IMG/VR virus record: IMGVR_UViG_3300046516_001816
Span: 220,984-284,983 of that record
Length of the DNA: 64,000 nucleotides
Reading direction: 5' to 3' (one strand)
The notes under the pieces are model-generated. The model saw only the letters and a program-made list of their open reading frames with translations. It had not been told where the DNA came from and did no database searches. Positions 28,484 through 39,210 of the stretch are shown here, piece after piece. The translations under genes and the position numbers were made by a program. Position 1 is the first letter of the stretch. Each line of letters starts with the position of its first letter.

Positions 28484-30127
28484 ATGGATGATGGACTGAT
28501 CTATCGGATCGAAGAGTATATGCCGAAGCTGAATCCGGCGATAGCGAACGGCTTCGCATCTTACCAGATGACCGAACACAACGTCGTCAAGTATATCGAC
28601 AGCGTGTTTCGTTCGGCAGCCAAAGGGTTCCCCGAAGGTTTGACCTACGAAGGCTGCCGGCGCTGTACGCCCCTGGAAGACTTCAACGAGTCGTCCAAGA
28701 AAAAGGGCAATAACAAACGTACCTTCGATGTCGCGGTCTCGTACACGTACATGATGAAATATCTGTTCAAGTACAAGGGCGAAGACATCACGCGCTTTAT
28801 CAATCTGCCGTTTGTCGGCGATGCGGGCTCGATCGTGATGAGCGGCTCGCGCTTCAATATCTCACCCGTGCTCTCCGATCGGGTGATCTCCGTGGGCACC
28901 GAAACCGTCTTCGTGCGTCTGCTGCGCGATGTGCTCACCTTCCAGCGGGTTCCCCAGAACATCAACGTCAATGGCCTGCGTGAACAGGTCAACGTCGCGT
29001 GGGCGATGATTTACCACAAGTCCGCGAAAGACAAGCGCATTCGTCCGACGGTCAAGATGCATTCGACCATGGTGCATTACTTGTTCTGCAAGTACGGTCT
29101 CATGAAAACGTTCGAGATGTTTGCGCGCTGTACGCCGGTGATCGGTGGTCCGGAAATCAACACCAATACCTATCCGGCTGACGAGTGGGTGATCATTGCG
29201 TCGACTCAGATCAAACCGAAGGGCTGCGGCAAGGGCCTGTATGAACCGACCAATCTGCGTGTGGCGGTGCATAAAACGGATTGGTCGCGCATGATGGTGC
29301 GCAATCTGATTGGGGGGCTGTTCTATGTCGCCGATCACTTTCCGGGTCGCGTGCGCGCGGAGTATATCAACAACACGGACCCCAAGTGGATGGATAACAC
29401 CAGCACCTGGATCAGTCTGATGGGCTGGGTGATCTGGGGCGGCAACCAGCACGAAGGCGTGTTGCGCGAACGGGTAGAAGAACACCTGCGATCGCTGGAT
29501 GAATACATCGACAATATTGTCCTGGACAAGTTCCGTCAGATTGGAGTGCAAGCCACCGATCTGTATCAGTTCATGGCAGTTATCATCGAGAACATCACCG
29601 ATATGCTGCACAAAGCGAGTGATAAGGTCAACAGCATGTACGACAAGGAACTGTCGGTGCTGTACTTTGTGCTCAAAGATATCACGAGCGAGATCTTCAA
29701 GCTGTACTTCAAACTGAAGGCGGCGAGCAAGAAGGAGCTCACGAAGAAGGATATCGACGAGCGCATGAACAAGACCATCTCGATGGGGCGCATTTTCAGC
29801 ATCACCAAACAGCACCCAGAAGTCACGACCATCAGTAGTTCGGGTGACAATATGGCGCTGAAGATCACCGGGGTGTTGGTGCCACAGTCGAGTAGTTCCA
29901 AACAGTCGGGTCGCAAGGACCGGGTGGTGATTGATGATCCGTCGCGCTTTCTGCATGTGTCGTATGCAGAGATCGGTGGCTATTCGAATCTGCCCAAGTC
30001 CGACCCGATTGGTCAGTCGCGGATCAGCGGCTGGTGCGAGACCGACCCCGATGGGCTCGTGCTGCGTCGTCCGAAGTTCTACGACATGCTCAATGCGTAT
30101 CAAGACCAGATCCGCAGACGGCGTTAA
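28484..30127 (+). CDS. non-virion RNA polymerase beta subunit, N-terminal part (phiKZ gp123-like)
   Basis: INLPFV..GSRFNISPVLSDRVIS, LHVSYAEIGG, PIGQSRI; position downstream of the capsid gene. Confidence 0.8.
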   Translation: MDDGLIYRIEEYMPKLNPAIANGFASYQMTEHNVVKYIDSVFRSAAKGFPEGLTYEGCRRCTPLEDFNESSKKKGNNKRTFDVAVSYTYMMKYLFKYKGEDITRFINLPFVGDAGSIVMSGSRFNISPVLSDRVISVGTETVFVRLLRDVLTFQRVPQNINVNGLREQVNVAWAMIYHKSAKDKRIRPTVKMHSTMVHYLFCKYGLMKTFEMFARCTPVIGGPEINTNTYPADEWVIIASTQIKPKGCGKGLYEPTNLRVAVHKTDWSRMMVRNLIGGLFYVADHFPGRVRAEYINNTDPKWMDNTSTWISLMGWVIWGGNQHEGVLRERVEEHLRSLDEYIDNIVLDKFRQIGVQATDLYQFMAVIIENITDMLHKASDKVNSMYDKELSVLYFVLKDITSEIFKLYFKLKAASKKELTKKDIDERMNKTISMGRIFSITKQHPEVTTISSSGDNMALKITGVLVPQSSSSKQSGRKDRVVIDDPSRFLHVSYAEIGGYSNLPKSDPIGQSRISGWCETDPDGLVLRRPKFYDMLNAYQDQIRRRR

Positions 30128-30209
30128 GCAGTCTACAAGGAAAACGTAATAACCCGGTGAGTGAGCTGGGCTTCACTCACCCCAAGCTAAACCAAGGAAA
30201 ACAAACGTC

Positions 30210-32264
30210 ATGTACCAGCAACAACTCCCCTTCAGCCCGGATCAACTGCAACAAGGGTTCCTCCAGGGTATTGGGCCGGGCTGTCCCCCGTTCGTTCCGC
30301 AGCTCACGGGTATCCAGCCGTGGTTGCAGAACTACGTACCGGCCATCGCAGGTTATGTCGCCGCGGAGATTCAGAATCAGGCGGAAAAGAATCACTTGCG
30401 TCGGTTCTTCTTCAATATGTTCGGTCGCAACAACTTCGCCAACGAGGACTATATCTCGGTGGTGCAGGCCGCAGCCGACTATCTTCAGTCGCAAGTCGCA
30501 CAGAACCCCAATGTGCGGATTGAGGCGATGATCGATCAGATCGTGCCGCAGACGGTGGAATTGTTCACGTCGCAGATGACGCGTGCCTTTCCGCAGCTGA
30601 ACGCGTATCTCACGCCGAACATGCAGTACAGTGTGTCGCAACAACACGCTGCGTTCGATAACGTGAAGATGCAGATCGAGCGCTTCAAGGGCGGGATGCA
30701 GGCGCCCATGGGAATGCAGCCTCCGATGGGGATGGCGGCGCCCCAGCAAGGCATGATGATGATGCAGCCGACGGGCTATCAGCAGCCGGGCGCGATGATG
30801 CGTGGCGATCCGCGTCTGGGGGGCAATCCGGGCAGTCTCGGGGTGAGCCTCACGGGTCCGGTCACGAGCCTCGCACCGCAAGGTGTGGCGATGGCACCCA
30901 ATCCGCAAGGCAACAGCATGGCGGCCACGAGCCGTTGGGCCATGCCGGATTTGTCGACCCCGCCGGTGCGCACGATCTCGATCGCCCAGCAGGAACAGCA
31001 ACAAGATTCGGGCAATGTGCATATTGCACGCAGCGCGATGCCGGTCCAAAGCACTACCAATCAAACCACGGAGGCCAGCAGTATGAATACCCCGGTACAA
31101 GAACAGGCAGCGCCGCAGGAAGGTCCGATCGAGCCGCTGGCCACGACGTCGCTGAAATGGAAGCGTAGCGCCATTCAGCCGTATTTCCCGGCTTGGGATC
31201 CCCAGCAACAGGATCTGTATTTGCAACGCTTGGCCACCGGCGAGGTGGTGGTCAAGATGAAGGTGAAACAAAAAGGAGCGGAAGTGGAGTACGATCGTCA
31301 CAAAATCCCGAGCGTGTTCGGACCGGCCTTGCCGACGCTCGACCTGAGCAACACGGCGAAGACCCTGGAAATCGTGCAAAAGGGACTCACCGAAATCGAA
31401 CAGGAAAAGAAGGAACGCCTGGAATCGGTGGAACCGTCGTTCAGCACGCGCGTGAATCCGAACTGGTATGTCGATGTGTCGCCCGAGATGGTCTGGTTGA
31501 CGGGTTCGGTGAACTGGCTCGCGTCGATGGAAAACGGCAAGGTGCCCGACATCTATCGTCAGTACGGTCAGGTCGTCGAGATGATCGTCGGCACGGAAAA
31601 CGAAGACAACTACATCGAGTCGTTCCGCGATGCAGGGACCTTCGTGAACCTGCATCGCATGTTGAACGAAACCCAGGGCAAATGCAGCACCCAGCTCTGG
31701 TATCGTCTCAACGATCGGATCACGGAACTGGTGAACCGGGCCCTCGAATTCAACCTCTCGCTCACGGGTCTGACGATCGACTCGTTTGCGAACGACGGCT
31801 TGGATATCATCGAGTATCTGGGCAACCACTACGGTGATACGGTCAAGGGCGCGTTCTTGCACAACCAGGCGTATCTGATTCGCAGCATCTTCGAATCGAT
31901 CTCGCAGGAAAATGCTGACGCGCTCGACGGCAACTTCATCCCGCATCCGGAAGAAGGCGCCGAAGTCGACCCCGAAGCGAAGCCGCCGGTGTTCACGCAT
32001 CTGGTGTCCAACGGCAGCTTCACCTTCCTCAACTGCCTGGCACACGAACTGTCGCTGGAATTCGACAAGGATCACCCGGCGCTCCTGACGGACAGACTCA
32101 CCCCGGTCTTGTATCGTCTGGCCAAGGGCATCATCGAGGACGCCAAGAGCTACACGGGTGCCACCATCGGGCGTCATTTCGTCCAGACGCTCGACGGTCA
32201 CATCCTCGAAGTCGACACCGCGTTCCTGGGTGAAGAAGCGTACCTCGTACGCAAGCTGAAGTAG
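30210..32264 (+). CDS. hypothetical protein with Q/M/P-rich low-complexity region
   Basis: AAACCAAGGA leader; 684 aa; follows the RNAP subunit gene. Confidence 0.8.
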   Translation: MYQQQLPFSPDQLQQGFLQGIGPGCPPFVPQLTGIQPWLQNYVPAIAGYVAAEIQNQAEKNHLRRFFFNMFGRNNFANEDYISVVQAAADYLQSQVAQNPNVRIEAMIDQIVPQTVELFTSQMTRAFPQLNAYLTPNMQYSVSQQHAAFDNVKMQIERFKGGMQAPMGMQPPMGMAAPQQGMMMMQPTGYQQPGAMMRGDPRLGGNPGSLGVSLTGPVTSLAPQGVAMAPNPQGNSMAATSRWAMPDLSTPPVRTISIAQQEQQQDSGNVHIARSAMPVQSTTNQTTEASSMNTPVQEQAAPQEGPIEPLATTSLKWKRSAIQPYFPAWDPQQQDLYLQRLATGEVVVKMKVKQKGAEVEYDRHKIPSVFGPALPTLDLSNTAKTLEIVQKGLTEIEQEKKERLESVEPSFSTRVNPNWYVDVSPEMVWLTGSVNWLASMENGKVPDIYRQYGQVVEMIVGTENEDNYIESFRDAGTFVNLHRMLNETQGKCSTQLWYRLNDRITELVNRALEFNLSLTGLTIDSFANDGLDIIEYLGNHYGDTVKGAFLHNQAYLIRSIFESISQENADALDGNFIPHPEEGAEVDPEAKPPVFTHLVSNGSFTFLNCLAHELSLEFDKDHPALLTDRLTPVLYRLAKGIIEDAKSYTGATIGRHFVQTLDGHILEVDTAFLGEEAYLVRKLK

Positions 32265-32342
32265 TATCGGTGGGCGGGGCTGCGGCTCCGCCTCAGACAA
32301 CGCAATACAACTAAACCATCTTTAAGTACCAAGGAAAGAATC

Positions 32343-32765
32343 ATGACGACGCAAAAAGATCCGCTCGAAGTCATCGTGCAAGGTGGTGACGTCGAAGCTA
32401 ACACGCTCGTCTTCGGAGTGGTTCAGCACGCGCTGGATAACGCCGGATTCACGGACGTGTCGGTGCATTCGCCGCAAGGTGATGTGCCGTGCGATGTGGA
32501 AGAAGTCCCGACCCTGCTGGACGTCGTGCGCGCCAACCGACCGCACCTGTTCGATACGCCGATCCGTGTCGAGCAACGCGCGCTGGGTGAAGACGTGCTG
32601 GCAATGTCCACGGACGATCCGGGCGCGATTGGCCTGGCGAAGGTAGTCTACGGCGGTGGGCTGGAAGAAGCGGGTGTTGTGGCCACGGTCGAAGCAGAAG
32701 TACTCCAAGCGATGGAGCGCGATGACTTTGCCGATCCGGTGCAAGACGAAGACGTCGCCTATTAA
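32343..32765 (+). CDS. acidic hypothetical protein
   Basis: CCAAGGA RBS. Confidence 0.75.
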   Translation: MTTQKDPLEVIVQGGDVEANTLVFGVVQHALDNAGFTDVSVHSPQGDVPCDVEEVPTLLDVVRANRPHLFDTPIRVEQRALGEDVLAMSTDDPGAIGLAKVVYGGGLEEAGVVATVEAEVLQAMERDDFADPVQDEDVAY

Positions 32766-32786
32766 TCCATTATCCCCGGGACTGAT

Positions 32787-33125
32787 ATGGCCAAAACTGT
32801 CAAGATTCATCTGGGGCTCAGCGTTGTCTGTACCGTCGCTGACGATGTGGATGAGCAAGGACTCGTCGATGAATTTGTACGACGCACCGAAATCGCGATC
32901 GGTAACGGCATGATTGAAAGTGGGCCGAGCGTGGAGATTGATGAGCATTCACTCTGCGGCACGCTGATTCCGCTGGTGACGGATCCCCTGGAGGACTTTA
33001 TGCATCAGCGTATTGAAGATGGCGAGATGGAGCTCGAAAAAATTCCGGAGCGCCTCGTTCAGTACGGGTTGATGGAGCCGGCTGACTTCCTATCGGAAAT
33101 GACTGAACGCATGCAAGCGCAGTAA
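32787..33125 (+). CDS. acidic hypothetical protein
   Basis: GGGGA RBS; 112 aa. Confidence 0.75.
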   Translation: MAKTVKIHLGLSVVCTVADDVDEQGLVDEFVRRTEIAIGNGMIESGPSVEIDEHSLCGTLIPLVTDPLEDFMHQRIEDGEMELEKIPERLVQYGLMEPADFLSEMTERMQAQ

Positions 33126-33209
33126 GTTTGCCGCGGTCCTTTGATTCGAGGAGGCTTCGGCCTCCTTTTTCTTTTATGCTGGTCGCACAAATTTAAACCA
33201 AGGTTCGTC

Positions 33210-33803
33210 ATGAAAATCGTTCCCTTCTATACGCCTGAAGTCGCCAAGTATTTCTCCGAGTACGGCCCCGTGATGACCGTACCGCGCGGGCTGCAACTCT
33301 ATCAAACCAAGCTGCTACGGCCCGACGTAGCGATCCCGCTGCTGCACCTGGGGGAATCCACGGCGCTGCTGGAAACGTCGATTCTCGACACGACCGATTA
33401 TATCCAGATGGATCCGGCGCCGGCGGTCGACGGGCTGCTCTTCCGTATCATCAAGGAAGGCGAGCCGGACGAACTGTTTTATCAGGAGATCGACGAAACC
33501 GATCACCTCTCGGGACGCTTCCGACCGAATCCGGATGATTATTCGGTGGCCTTGCTGCATACCGACGTCAGCATCGTCCTGCACCGGGTGAACGAAGACA
33601 GCACGCTGGCGATTGCACAAATCAAGGGCACGTTCTTCGCCGATATGGCCACGGTCGAGCTCAAGGGGCGGGTAATCATCAAGGATGAAGACTTCGCCGA
33701 CGGCGTGGAGCTCGTGGGGTATTCTATCGATACGCATCGCTTCAATAGCAAGAGCAAACCTGCCAAGCATCAGATCACACCGACGCGTTACAAGAAGATT
33801 TAA
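33210..33803 (+). CDS. stand-alone paralog of an internal major capsid protein segment
   Basis: Aligns by eye to MCP: KIVPFY/KIVPVY, LLHLGESTALLETSILDTTD/LLGLSQTEALLETGILDVTD, VGYSIDTHRFNS/VGYDLEAHRTNS. Confidence 0.75.
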   Translation: MKIVPFYTPEVAKYFSEYGPVMTVPRGLQLYQTKLLRPDVAIPLLHLGESTALLETSILDTTDYIQMDPAPAVDGLLFRIIKEGEPDELFYQEIDETDHLSGRFRPNPDDYSVALLHTDVSIVLHRVNEDSTLAIAQIKGTFFADMATVELKGRVIIKDEDFADGVELVGYSIDTHRFNSKSKPAKHQITPTRYKKI

Positions 33804-33880
33804 GCTGACGGCATAGAGCCCGGCCCCCACATGGGGAGCCGGGCCTTTATGCCGCCTTCTTTTTTTGGCTTCAAACGAGC

Positions 33881-36799
33881 TTAGGACTTGGGTTGCTGAT
33901 CCTTGTCCTGGTTCTCGTCCTCTTCCCCTTCCTTCGGCTGCGCGTTAGCGTCGGCGCCAGGTGCTGCATTCTGGTCGGCGTTATCGCTCGGTGCCGCTTC
34001 GCCCGGGGCTGCGGGCATCGTATCACCCTGACCGTTGCCCGTATCGAGCTCGGGTGCGTCAAACCCGGTCTGATCTCCAAACCCACCACCGCTGTTCTCA
34101 TCGGTGCCCGACGTGTCCGTGGAACCGAAGTCCGTGCTACCCCCTGCGGCTGTGGTGGTGAGCTTGCCCTCGGTGTCCTTGAGCTCCTCGTTGGATTTGT
34201 TGGTGATCGAGACCAGATCCTTGAAGAACTCACCAAACGTCTTCTGCAACGTTTCGATGTGTTCCGATTGGATCTTGAAGACGTCCACCGCCGGCTTGCC
34301 GTCTTCGGTTTTCGTCGTGAGCTGCGAGAGTTCCGTCATCATGCCGTTCTCGCTCATCCATTGACGCAAGAAGTAGGCTTTCGCCACTTCCTTGAGCACC
34401 GTGATCTTCTCGGCGACATTGCCACCCGTATCCGGCGTGAAGAACTTCTCCGACAGCCAGGCATCGAGCGCCATGTCCAGGGCTTCACTGTAACTCTTGA
34501 ATGCGGCGAACTGGTTTTCCAGTGTCGTCGAATTTGGACGCGGCAGGGTCACTGTCACGTTCATCAAGAATTCATTGAGGACCTGGTTGACGATGTACTC
34601 CTGATCATCCTCGCTCAGGTTGCCGGTGCCGTCCGAGTTATCGCTGCGCTTTTCGTCGATGATCGGCACACCCGTGTTGTTGCCGTAGTTGCGCGGATCA
34701 CTTGACTTCCTTTTCGCGTTCTTCTTCTCGTCCTTCGTGATGGTGAGTTTCTTGAAGTTCTCACGGAGAATCTCTTTCAAGTCCTCCACGAGCTCTTCCG
34801 AATTCATCGCGTGCTGACGCATATGCGTGGCCAGCTGCGGATGGAACTCGTCCTGAATCTGCATCACGCGCTTGGAGAGCAGGATGTTGTTGGTCACCAC
34901 CGAGGTCGCCAACTCCGGCTGGTAGGCCGCGTCAATCGTTTCCGGCGGCACACCCGTCTTCATGATCGCCCGCTTGCGCAGGTTATCTTCAAGCTCGGTG
35001 TCGGGCTTGGTGTACTGGCTGTTCTTCTCGCCGAAGTCAATCGACACGTCCGGCATGCCCGGGTGCCCTTCGTACGTGAATTCAAAGCCTGCGCGCGTAA
35101 TGAAGTCCACCACTTCAGCCGGCGAATTCACCCCCAGCGGCAAGAAGTTCTGACGGCTGCGGATGATTTCATGCATCGCCGTCTCAAGCGTCTTCTCCGG
35201 ATTGGCGTCATCCTCGTCGAACTTGAGTTTGACTTCCGTGCGACCGATCGAGTTCTTGATGCCGGCCATCACGTTGGCAAACAGCAGCATCGAGCGCAGA
35301 CTGTTCAGGATCTTCAGCTCGTCGAGCAACGACTCCCCGATGCCATCCTTATTGAAGCGGAAGGCAAAGTACGTCATGAACTCCGCCGGGATAAAGAGCA
35401 ACTGCGTATGCTGACGGGCCAAGGCCCGTGCAAACATAATGCGGTAGATCTCTTCACGCTTGCCGATCGCCACGCTGTTGCCATACGGTCCGTTGCGCAG
35501 ACGGGCGAGCAAGTCCTGCTCCACCATGTCCCCGTAGACTCGCGACGAGTAATCGAGGTGGTCCCGGTTATGGACATCAAAGCCTTCCATCTGGCTTTTG
35601 ACCTTGGTGAGCATCGCACTGGGGAAGCTCCCCGACGTCGACATCCGTTGCTGCATCTGCTGGTAGTGGTCGGTGATCTGTTGACGCACCACCGGATGGC
35701 CGTCCTGATCGAGCAGCACAAAGAAGCCGATCTGGTTTTGCGGCGTGCCCGGCACGTGCACCGGAATGATGGCTTCCGAAGGGATATGCATCACCATCGG
35801 GTTGCCCACCATGCGACGATCCAGCTGCTCGTGGGTTTTGACAGTCGCCACCGGCTGGTAATTAAACCGGCGGTTGCGATACAGCAAGCCCGTGAGTTCC
35901 CGATCGTTCATCTTCTGCATCGGGCTATTGTTACCCACCCCCAGCGATTCCAACGCGGACGAGCCCCAGGCCTTGAGCGTCTTATGCTCGCGCAGCTTCT
36001 GGTTGATCAGTGGCACCTTGAGCGCGGTCGGATTGTCCGTGACGGTCAAGAACACGTCTTCCTTATTGAGCGGCTTCGAAAAGCTGCTCTCAAAACGCAC
36101 CAGCCCGATCTCCTGCTCGATGGCGATATTTTCGTCATTGAACTGCTCGATCGCCAAACCCGGACCGCGGGCTTCTTCGGTGGGCTTCTTCTTTTGCACC
36201 GGACCCAGCAAACCCACCGGACGGATCGTGCCATCGGGGTTGATATGCTCAGCGAGGTTTTCCATGGCCATGCGCACTTGGCCGTTGATCACTTCGTCGA
36301 CCGAGTTTTCCGGGATCACCGCAATGCCGTAGGAGCCCGTGCGGAACAGCGTGTCGCGCAGGATCTTGGGAATGAGCGGTTTAATCTTATGGACTTGTTC
36401 GAAATGCTGCCGGTAACGGTCGATCATGGCGCCGGCGACGTCGGGGGCCATGAGGCCTTCAGGCGCTGTGTAGGTCAGCTCCAGCGTCATCATGTCCTTG
36501 GGCGAACCCACGGATGACACCAGAATCTGCTGCGACAACTCCATGTCGGGCAAGAGCTGCATGACCGTTTCAGCGTCATTGACGTTTTGCGCGGTCTGTT
36601 CAGCAGCGTTTCGGAAACTGTACAAGTTAGGCTGCACCGGTTCACGGTTGCCCTTATCGTTGTACTGGTTGGGGTGCTGCGACGGAATCAGCTTAGCCAA
36701 AGTGGCGGCTGTACCCGGGTCCTGTCGCACCAATTGCATGACAGGAAATCTTTTACCGCTACCCGCCAATTCAATGGCTTTGTCGTATCCGTTAGACAT
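33881..36799 (-). CDS. portal protein (phiKZ gp129-like)
   Basis: 972 aa; LLPDMEL..QILVSS..SPKDM, IPSEAIIPVHVPG, GIGESLL; acidic C-tail; conserved gene order. Confidence 0.75.
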   Translation of the reverse strand: MSNGYDKAIELAGSGKRFPVMQLVRQDPGTAATLAKLIPSQHPNQYNDKGNREPVQPNLYSFRNAAEQTAQNVNDAETVMQLLPDMELSQQILVSSVGSPKDMMTLELTYTAPEGLMAPDVAGAMIDRYRQHFEQVHKIKPLIPKILRDTLFRTGSYGIAVIPENSVDEVINGQVRMAMENLAEHINPDGTIRPVGLLGPVQKKKPTEEARGPGLAIEQFNDENIAIEQEIGLVRFESSFSKPLNKEDVFLTVTDNPTALKVPLINQKLREHKTLKAWGSSALESLGVGNNSPMQKMNDRELTGLLYRNRRFNYQPVATVKTHEQLDRRMVGNPMVMHIPSEAIIPVHVPGTPQNQIGFFVLLDQDGHPVVRQQITDHYQQMQQRMSTSGSFPSAMLTKVKSQMEGFDVHNRDHLDYSSRVYGDMVEQDLLARLRNGPYGNSVAIGKREEIYRIMFARALARQHTQLLFIPAEFMTYFAFRFNKDGIGESLLDELKILNSLRSMLLFANVMAGIKNSIGRTEVKLKFDEDDANPEKTLETAMHEIIRSRQNFLPLGVNSPAEVVDFITRAGFEFTYEGHPGMPDVSIDFGEKNSQYTKPDTELEDNLRKRAIMKTGVPPETIDAAYQPELATSVVTNNILLSKRVMQIQDEFHPQLATHMRQHAMNSEELVEDLKEILRENFKKLTITKDEKKNAKRKSSDPRNYGNNTGVPIIDEKRSDNSDGTGNLSEDDQEYIVNQVLNEFLMNVTVTLPRPNSTTLENQFAAFKSYSEALDMALDAWLSEKFFTPDTGGNVAEKITVLKEVAKAYFLRQWMSENGMMTELSQLTTKTEDGKPAVDVFKIQSEHIETLQKTFGEFFKDLVSITNKSNEELKDTEGKLTTTAAGGSTDFGSTDTSGTDENSGGGFGDQTGFDAPELDTGNGQGDTMPAAPGEAAPSDNADQNAAPGADANAQPKEGEEDENQDKDQQPKS

Positions 36800-36823
36800 T
36801 GATGCTACCTCTTAGTTTTTAGG

Positions 36824-39136
36824 ATGACTGTCGTGGCTTCCACAAATTCAAATTACTTCCAGGTCTACCTGAACGCGTGCGTCGCGTTGGCCCAGACCAT
36901 GGTCATCAAATCGACCGAATCAGAACAAGGACTAAACCAATTCGTTATTGACAACTATGGCGCGGCGGCCTGGGACGAGACCGATCCGACGTCGTGGAAA
37001 TACTACATGAATCTTTCTGGCAAATATCATTTTACTGACCAGATGATGTATGTTATCTCCCTCGACACGATGGAGCGCATCGAGTTCACGCCGGCGAACC
37101 TGTTGATCCATACGGCGACCGCGCAAGCGTACCAGTTTGGCTCGACGTATTACCAGGCGCTGGTGGACCAGTACCCGCGTCAGGTCTCGTTGATTCTGGG
37201 CATTCTGTATCCCGTGGATCAAGCCACTGCCATCGCTGCAAAGGATGGACAGATCCTCGGTTGGCCCGCCCAGTATATCGAGGTGAACGAGTACAGCCTG
37301 GTGGAGAAACTGCAAGCGTGGATCTATGGCTTTAAACAGCGCTGGATCAACCCGCAATTTGGGCTGAGTGACGAATTGTATTTCACGGTGCAGCTGCACC
37401 ACATGTATCAGGGTTTGCTCCAGGCGATCATTGCGTACCGCGAAGAAGCGTGTCGCACTGCGGAGATGCACAGCTTTCATCAGCAGCAGTTTCTGGCCTC
37501 CCATCAGGGACTGGACCAGTACATGGACCAGCTGAGCTTGAACCAGATCGTCTGGCTGTGTCGCAATATCAACTATATCCAGCGCAATGTGGGCAAGCGC
37601 TCGACGTTTCAAACGCTGATCCAGAACATCTTGACGGTGCGCAATATTCCGCTGGCGGCGTACACCATGCGGCACAACACTGGCCACATGCCCACGCTGA
37701 CGAGCCCCGAAGTGTTCTTCCAGTCGGACCCGTTGAATTTCGACGAGAACCTGGTGGCTTCCACCAACTGGACGCTCGCCACGATGCTGGACACTGAGCA
37801 GCCGCTGGCGACCATGAACGCGCAGATTCAAACGGATCAGGCGGCGGACATTCAGTTGCGCATGGAAAACGCGCTGTCCAATACGCTGCAAACCAAGGTG
37901 CTCAATAGCGCCATGGTGGACGAAACCGATTCGACGCCGTACACGATGGAAGACATCCTCGTGAACCACTGGCTGCTCTTCTCGCAACAGGATCTGTACA
38001 CTGCCTTCTTGGTGGTGAACAATCCCGTGACGGGTGAGCCGATTGTGCCGATGAATGCGAAGGATGGCTTTGTGTTCATGTGGTACTGCTACTCGCGCAG
38101 CATTGGCATTGATTTGACCAACGCGGTAATCCCAGCGGTGCTGGCCCAGCGCGTTGTGCGTACCCCCCTCCCCAACGTGACCGACTTGATGTCAGTGGTC
38201 GATTGGAGCTTGGTCTCACAGGATATCGCCACGCAAATGCTCGGTTATATGCCTGCGATTAACCCGATGATCTCCACCACGTCGTTCTTTGCGACGTGTA
38301 AGGCGATCTGGACAGCGGCCAATAATCAGCGGGGACTGGTGTCGCGCCAAGAACATTACCTGCGCCGCGGGATGGTGTACGGCATGAGTGAGCGCTGCTA
38401 CCAGGACGTGATGATCCAGCTGGGTGACCAATCGGGTGAGACGTTCTACGAATGGTTCCATCTGCGCAATATCGATCTGGGCAACTTTAGCCAGAACGAC
38501 TGGGGGCTGATGTACACCTCGCTCGTGCAAGCGGCGACTGGCATTGACCTGCTCAATACAAACTCGGTGGCCAACCTCCAGAAAGCCATGATCGGCATCA
38601 TGGAGAAGCTCTCGAGCTATTCGGTGCAGTATCTGTACGAGATTAACAACGGCGCGATTCAGGACATCGACTGGCCGATGGTGCGCGTGGGCGACATCCA
38701 TACCGACGCGGCCATGGAGCTTTATGGCGAGCAAGTCCTCGATACGTACAACGAACGCGTGAGTGGCGTGCTCGGTGACGAGTTCGACATCGGGGCGGCA
38801 ACCTGTGAAGTCTTGAGCGTGGGGGCGAGCGTGCGCAAGGATGAAAACATCTGCATGAGCACCTGGCTCGGTGACAATGCGATGGTGTTTAAGATGCACA
38901 CGCATCAGCTGGTGGGGGTCCGGTCCGCCACGCCCTTGCAAGAAAACAGCCGCGGCATCATTCCGGTGATTGGCCTGGATAACTGGCTCGCCATGGACGA
39001 AGCCGCGCAAGATACATCGTTGGTCAGTATCTATCAGTCCAACTGGAATAACGCACCCAATGCACCGGTGAAACAACTGGCCAGCGTCTGGCCGGTGCGG
39101 AACTTGTCGGGCTTGACCTACACCCCGCCCAATTAA
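36824..39136 (+). CDS. virion structural protein (baseplate-related)
   Basis: DPTSWKYYMNLSGKYH, SLDTME, LSSYSVQ motifs; divergent from portal as in phiKZ-like genomes. Confidence 0.7.
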   Translation: MTVVASTNSNYFQVYLNACVALAQTMVIKSTESEQGLNQFVIDNYGAAAWDETDPTSWKYYMNLSGKYHFTDQMMYVISLDTMERIEFTPANLLIHTATAQAYQFGSTYYQALVDQYPRQVSLILGILYPVDQATAIAAKDGQILGWPAQYIEVNEYSLVEKLQAWIYGFKQRWINPQFGLSDELYFTVQLHHMYQGLLQAIIAYREEACRTAEMHSFHQQQFLASHQGLDQYMDQLSLNQIVWLCRNINYIQRNVGKRSTFQTLIQNILTVRNIPLAAYTMRHNTGHMPTLTSPEVFFQSDPLNFDENLVASTNWTLATMLDTEQPLATMNAQIQTDQAADIQLRMENALSNTLQTKVLNSAMVDETDSTPYTMEDILVNHWLLFSQQDLYTAFLVVNNPVTGEPIVPMNAKDGFVFMWYCYSRSIGIDLTNAVIPAVLAQRVVRTPLPNVTDLMSVVDWSLVSQDIATQMLGYMPAINPMISTTSFFATCKAIWTAANNQRGLVSRQEHYLRRGMVYGMSERCYQDVMIQLGDQSGETFYEWFHLRNIDLGNFSQNDWGLMYTSLVQAATGIDLLNTNSVANLQKAMIGIMEKLSSYSVQYLYEINNGAIQDIDWPMVRVGDIHTDAAMELYGEQVLDTYNERVSGVLGDEFDIGAATCEVLSVGASVRKDENICMSTWLGDNAMVFKMHTHQLVGVRSATPLQENSRGIIPVIGLDNWLAMDEAAQDTSLVSIYQSNWNNAPNAPVKQLASVWPVRNLSGLTYTPPN

Positions 39137-39210
39137 GACCGCAGTAGATTTTCACTTAGTAATTTTACATCTTGTGTAGGCTTTCTTTTTAAGACCGTTT
39201 AGGATTCGAC

